64,000 nucleotides of DNA from Malacoraja senta. Its lineage: Eukaryota. The stretch spans positions 310,001 to 374,000 of the forward strand of contig JAXLNO010000065.1 of the NCBI GenBank assembly GCA_038087875.1. The letters run 5' to 3'. Shown in pieces: positions 60,510 to 64,000 of the stretch. The notes beneath the pieces were generated by a model. The model saw nothing but the letters and a program-made list of their open reading frames with translations, did not search any database and had not been told where the DNA came from. How positions within the stretch are numbered: position 1 is the stretch's first letter; each line of letters begins with the position of its first letter. Made by a program: the position numbers and the translations under genes.

Positions 60510-62050
60510 TTGTGCATGTGTGACAGATAAGGGAGTGTGTGTGAGTGAGAGAGAGTGGACGTATGTGTATGTGTGTGAGAGAGAGAGAGAGAGAGTGTGG
60601 TGTGAGAAGAGTGTATGTGTGAGAGAAGAGAGTGCGTGTGGTGGAAAGTGTGTCTGAGAGTCTGTGAGAGTGAAAGTGTCTGTACGTGAGAGCTTATGTG
60701 TAAGCAAGATTGTGTGAGAGGGTGGGTGAAAGAGAGCAAGAAATGTGTAAGAATGAGAGCATGTGTGAGACTGTGTGTGAGAGAGTGTGTGAAAAAATAA
60801 TTGAGAGAATGTATGAGAGAGTGTGTGCTAGTGAAAGGCAGAGTGCATGTGTGAGAAAATGTGTGAGAATGTGTGTGTGTGAGAGAGAGTGTGTGTGGGA
60901 GAGAGTGTGTGTGAGAGTGTGTGTGTGTGTGAGAGTGTGTGTGAGAGTGTGTGTGTGTGTGAGAGTGTGTGTGAGTGTGTGTGTGAGTGTGTGTGAGTGT
61001 GTGTGAGAGAGTGTGTGAGAGAGTGTGAGAGAGAGAGTGTGTGTGAGTGTGTGTGTGAATGTGTGTGAGAGAGTGTGAGAGAGTGTGTGAGAGAGAGAGT
61101 GTGTGAGAGAGAGTGTGTGTGTGAGAGTCTGTGTGAGAGTGTGTGTGTGTGAGAGTGTGTGTGAGAGTGTGTGTGTGTGTGAGAGTGTGTGTGAGAGTGT
61201 GTGTGTGTGAGAGAGTGTGTGTGAGAGTGTGTGTGAGAGTGTGTGTGTGAGAGTGTGTGTGAGAGTGTGTGTGAGTGTGTGTGTGAGTGTGTGTGAATGT
61301 GTGTGAGAGTGTGTGTGTGTGTGAGAGTGTGTGTGAGAGTGTGTGTGTGTGAGAGAGTGTGTGTGAGAGTGTGTGTGTGTGAGAGAGTGTGTGTGAGAGT
61401 GTGTGTGAGTGAGAGTGTGTGTGTGTGTGAGAGTGTGTGTGAGAGAGTGTGTGTGAGAGTGTGTGTGAGTGTGTGTGTGAGTGTGTGTGAATGTGTGTGA
61501 GAGAGTGTGTGAGAGAGTGTGTGAGAGAGAGAGTGTGTGAGAGAGAGTGTGTGTGTGAGAGTCTGTGTGAGAGTGTGTGTGTGTGAGAGTGTGTGTGAGA
61601 GTGTGTGAGAGAGAATGTGTGTGAGAGAGTGTGTGAGAGAGAGTGTGTGAGCGTGTGTGTGAGAGAGTGTGTGAGAGTGTGTGTGAGAGTGTGTGTGAGA
61701 GTGTGTGTGAGCGTGTGTGAGTGCACGTGTGAGTGTGTGAGTGTGAAAGAGAGTGTGTGTGAGAGTGTGTGTGTGAGTGGGTGTGAGTGTGTGTGAGAGA
61801 GTGTGTGTGAAAGTGTGAGAGAGAGAGTGTGTGAGAGAGTGCATGTGTGAGAGAGTGTGTGTGAGAGTGTGTGTGTGAGAGTGTGTGTGAAAGTGTGAGA
61901 GAGAGTGTGTATGAGAGAGTGTGTGAGAGAGAGTGTATGTGAGAGTGTGTGTGTGAGAGAGAGAGAGTGTGTGAGAGTGTGTGTGTGAGAGTGTGTGAGT
62001 GTGCGAGTGTGTGAGTGTGAGTGTGTGAGAGTGTGTGAGAGTGTGTGAGA
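60510..62050. repeat. About 1.5-kb compound (GT)n/(GA)n microsatellite
   Basis: Directly visible; it produces the His/Thr/Ser-rich pseudo-ORFs. Confidence 0.98.
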
Positions 62051-62099
62051 ATTTGTAAGGCAGAATGCATGAGTCCTGTCAACATCCTCTCAAATCTAG

Positions 62100-63650
62100 T
62101 TTTTCTAGTTTAATGCCGTTTTCCCTCTATAATCAAGGCCCTTGATGATACCGATCAGCGTGTGAAAACTTTTATTCATCACCGCCCATCTGTGACGTAC
62201 TTTCACAAAATAACCTACATACTCCTAGATCCCTCTGCTCCACGACACTGTCCAGTTCCTTTGCATTCACTGTGAAGTTCCTGCCCTGGTTTGACTTGTC
62301 AATATGCAACACCTCACACTTACCTGAATTGTGCTCCATTTGCCATTCCGCAGCTCACTTGCCCAGCTGATCAAGATCCCACTGTAAATCTTGATAACCT
62401 TCTTCACAATCTACAATACCACTTATTTGGATATAATCTACAAACTTACTAACCATGCCTTATACATTCTCATCCAAAGTGTTGATGTTGATGACAGACA
62501 ACAATAGACTCAGCACTGACCCCTGAGGCACACCAATAGTCACGGGCCGCCAGTCCGAGAAACAACCTCCCATCATCACCCTCTGCTTCCTACCATCAAG
62601 TCAATAAGGTATCTATTTAGCTAGTTCCCCCTGAACTCCATACGACCTTACCTTCCTGACCGACCTATCATGCGGAACATTATCAAAGGTCTTGCTGACG
62701 TCCACATAGACTATGTCTACCACCCTGCCATCAGCAACCTTCTTGGTTACTTCTTCAAAAGGTGCAATTAAATTCCTGAGACTTGATCGCCCATGTACAA
62801 AACCAGGCTGACTATCCTTAATCACCACTGTCTTTCCAAAGGAATGTATTTCTTATCCCTCAGAATCCCTTCCAGTAACATAAACCACCACAGATGTCAG
62901 GCTTTCTGCTCTATAGTTCCCATGTTTACAGAACCTCTTAAACAAAGGTACACATTAGCCATCCTTCAGTCTTCCAGTACCTCACCCCTGTCTAATGAGG
63001 ATGCATACATCTCACCCAGGGCTCCTGCAATTTTCTCCAGCATCGAAGAGTTTTCCTGGAAATATCTGATCAGTCATGGAGGTTCATCTAATTTTATACA
63101 TTTTAAGAGATTTGGCCTCTCCCCTACTGTAATGAGATCTGCCGCCAAGATATTTCTATTAACTCTCCCAAGTTGCCCAGTCTTCATGCCTTTCTCTATG
63201 GTAATAATAGAAGAGAGATATTCATTGAGGACCACACCGATCTCTTCAAGCTCTGAACGAAGATGTCCATATTAGTCCGTGAGGCACCGTACTCTTTCTT
63301 ATTACTCTTTTTCCATTAATATAATTGTAAAACCGTTTTGGATTCTTCTTGATTTTCCCTGCCAAAGCTGCCTTGTGCCATTTTGTGCCCTCCCTTCTGC
63401 CTTGTTAAGTATACTTCTACATCTCCTTTGCTCCTCCAAGGATTCATTAGATCCCATCTGCTTGTACCTGACCCATGCTTCAATCTTTCTGACCAGAGCC
63501 TCAACATACATCATTCAGAGTTCCCCACTCCCACCAGCCTTGTACTTCACTCTGACAGGAACATGGAGACCTTGAACTCTTGCTACCTCACTTTTAAAAG
63601 TCTCCCACTTTACAAATCGAGTTCCTTTGCCTGCAGGCAACCTACTGCAA
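62100..63650 (-). mobile_element. Old CR1-like LINE RT region, heavily decayed
   Basis: DSQPGFVHGRS.L.NLI..FEEVTK...VDIVYVD.SKTFDNVPH in ORF 62613-62828. Confidence 0.8.
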
Positions 63651-63654
63651 TCAA

Positions 63655-63965
63655 TGTTAGTTTAGTTTAGGGGTACAGCATGGAAACAGCCTCCCGAGTC
63701 CATGCCGACCATCAATCACTCATTCACAAGAGTTGAATGTTATTTCACTTTCACATCCACTCGCTACACACTTGGGACAATTTTATGGAGGCCAATTAAC
63801 CTATGAGCATACAATTCTTTTGGGATGCGGGAGACAACCGGAGCACCCAGAGGAATCAAATGCGGTCACAGGGAGAGCATGCAAACTCCACACAACAACA
63901 CCCGAGGTCAGGATTGAACCCGGGTCACTGGCGCTGTGAGGCAGCAGCTCTACCAGCTGCACCAA
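63655..63965 (-). mobile_element. HE1-like SINE
   Basis: Reverse-complement SINE head and body. Confidence 0.8.
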
Positions 63966-64000
63966 TGTACAGGTTCCTATCCAATACCATCAACATTTGA

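Noticed and set aside
60470..62085. Long His/Thr/Ser-rich ORFs (338-463 aa)
   Set aside because: Translation artefacts of the (GT)/(GA) microsatellite.

Overview
Repeat-dense vertebrate genomic DNA, most likely from a cartilaginous fish such as a skate or ray. This is inferred from about 30 HE1-type V-SINEs and many CR1/HER1-type LINEs. I recognise no host protein-coding gene, and the window looks like a large intron or gene desert with a few unique islands. Almost all long ORFs are retroelement remnants, antisense shadows or microsatellite artefacts. Main structures: (1) an 8.8-kb DIRS-type tyrosine-recombinase retrotransposon (15967-24749) with terminal inverted repeats, ICR and AAT crossover core still readable, carrying a nested 4.3-kb L2-like LINE; (2) a 1.17-kb mini-Gypsy LTR element with near-identical 211-bp LTRs, a tRNA-Leu PBS, a PPT and a 5-bp TSD; (3) an in-frame chimera made by one Rex1-type LINE inserting at the homologous codon of another; (4) a near full-length CR1 with an SGNH-esterase ORF1; (5) three Harbinger-like MITEs, a MITE carrying telomere-like repeats, and a non-autonomous Helitron; (6) Penelope-derived tails with minimal hammerhead-ribozyme-like cores; (7) several tandem arrays. 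All calls come from reading the sequence without database searches, so the boundaries of old fragments are approximate.
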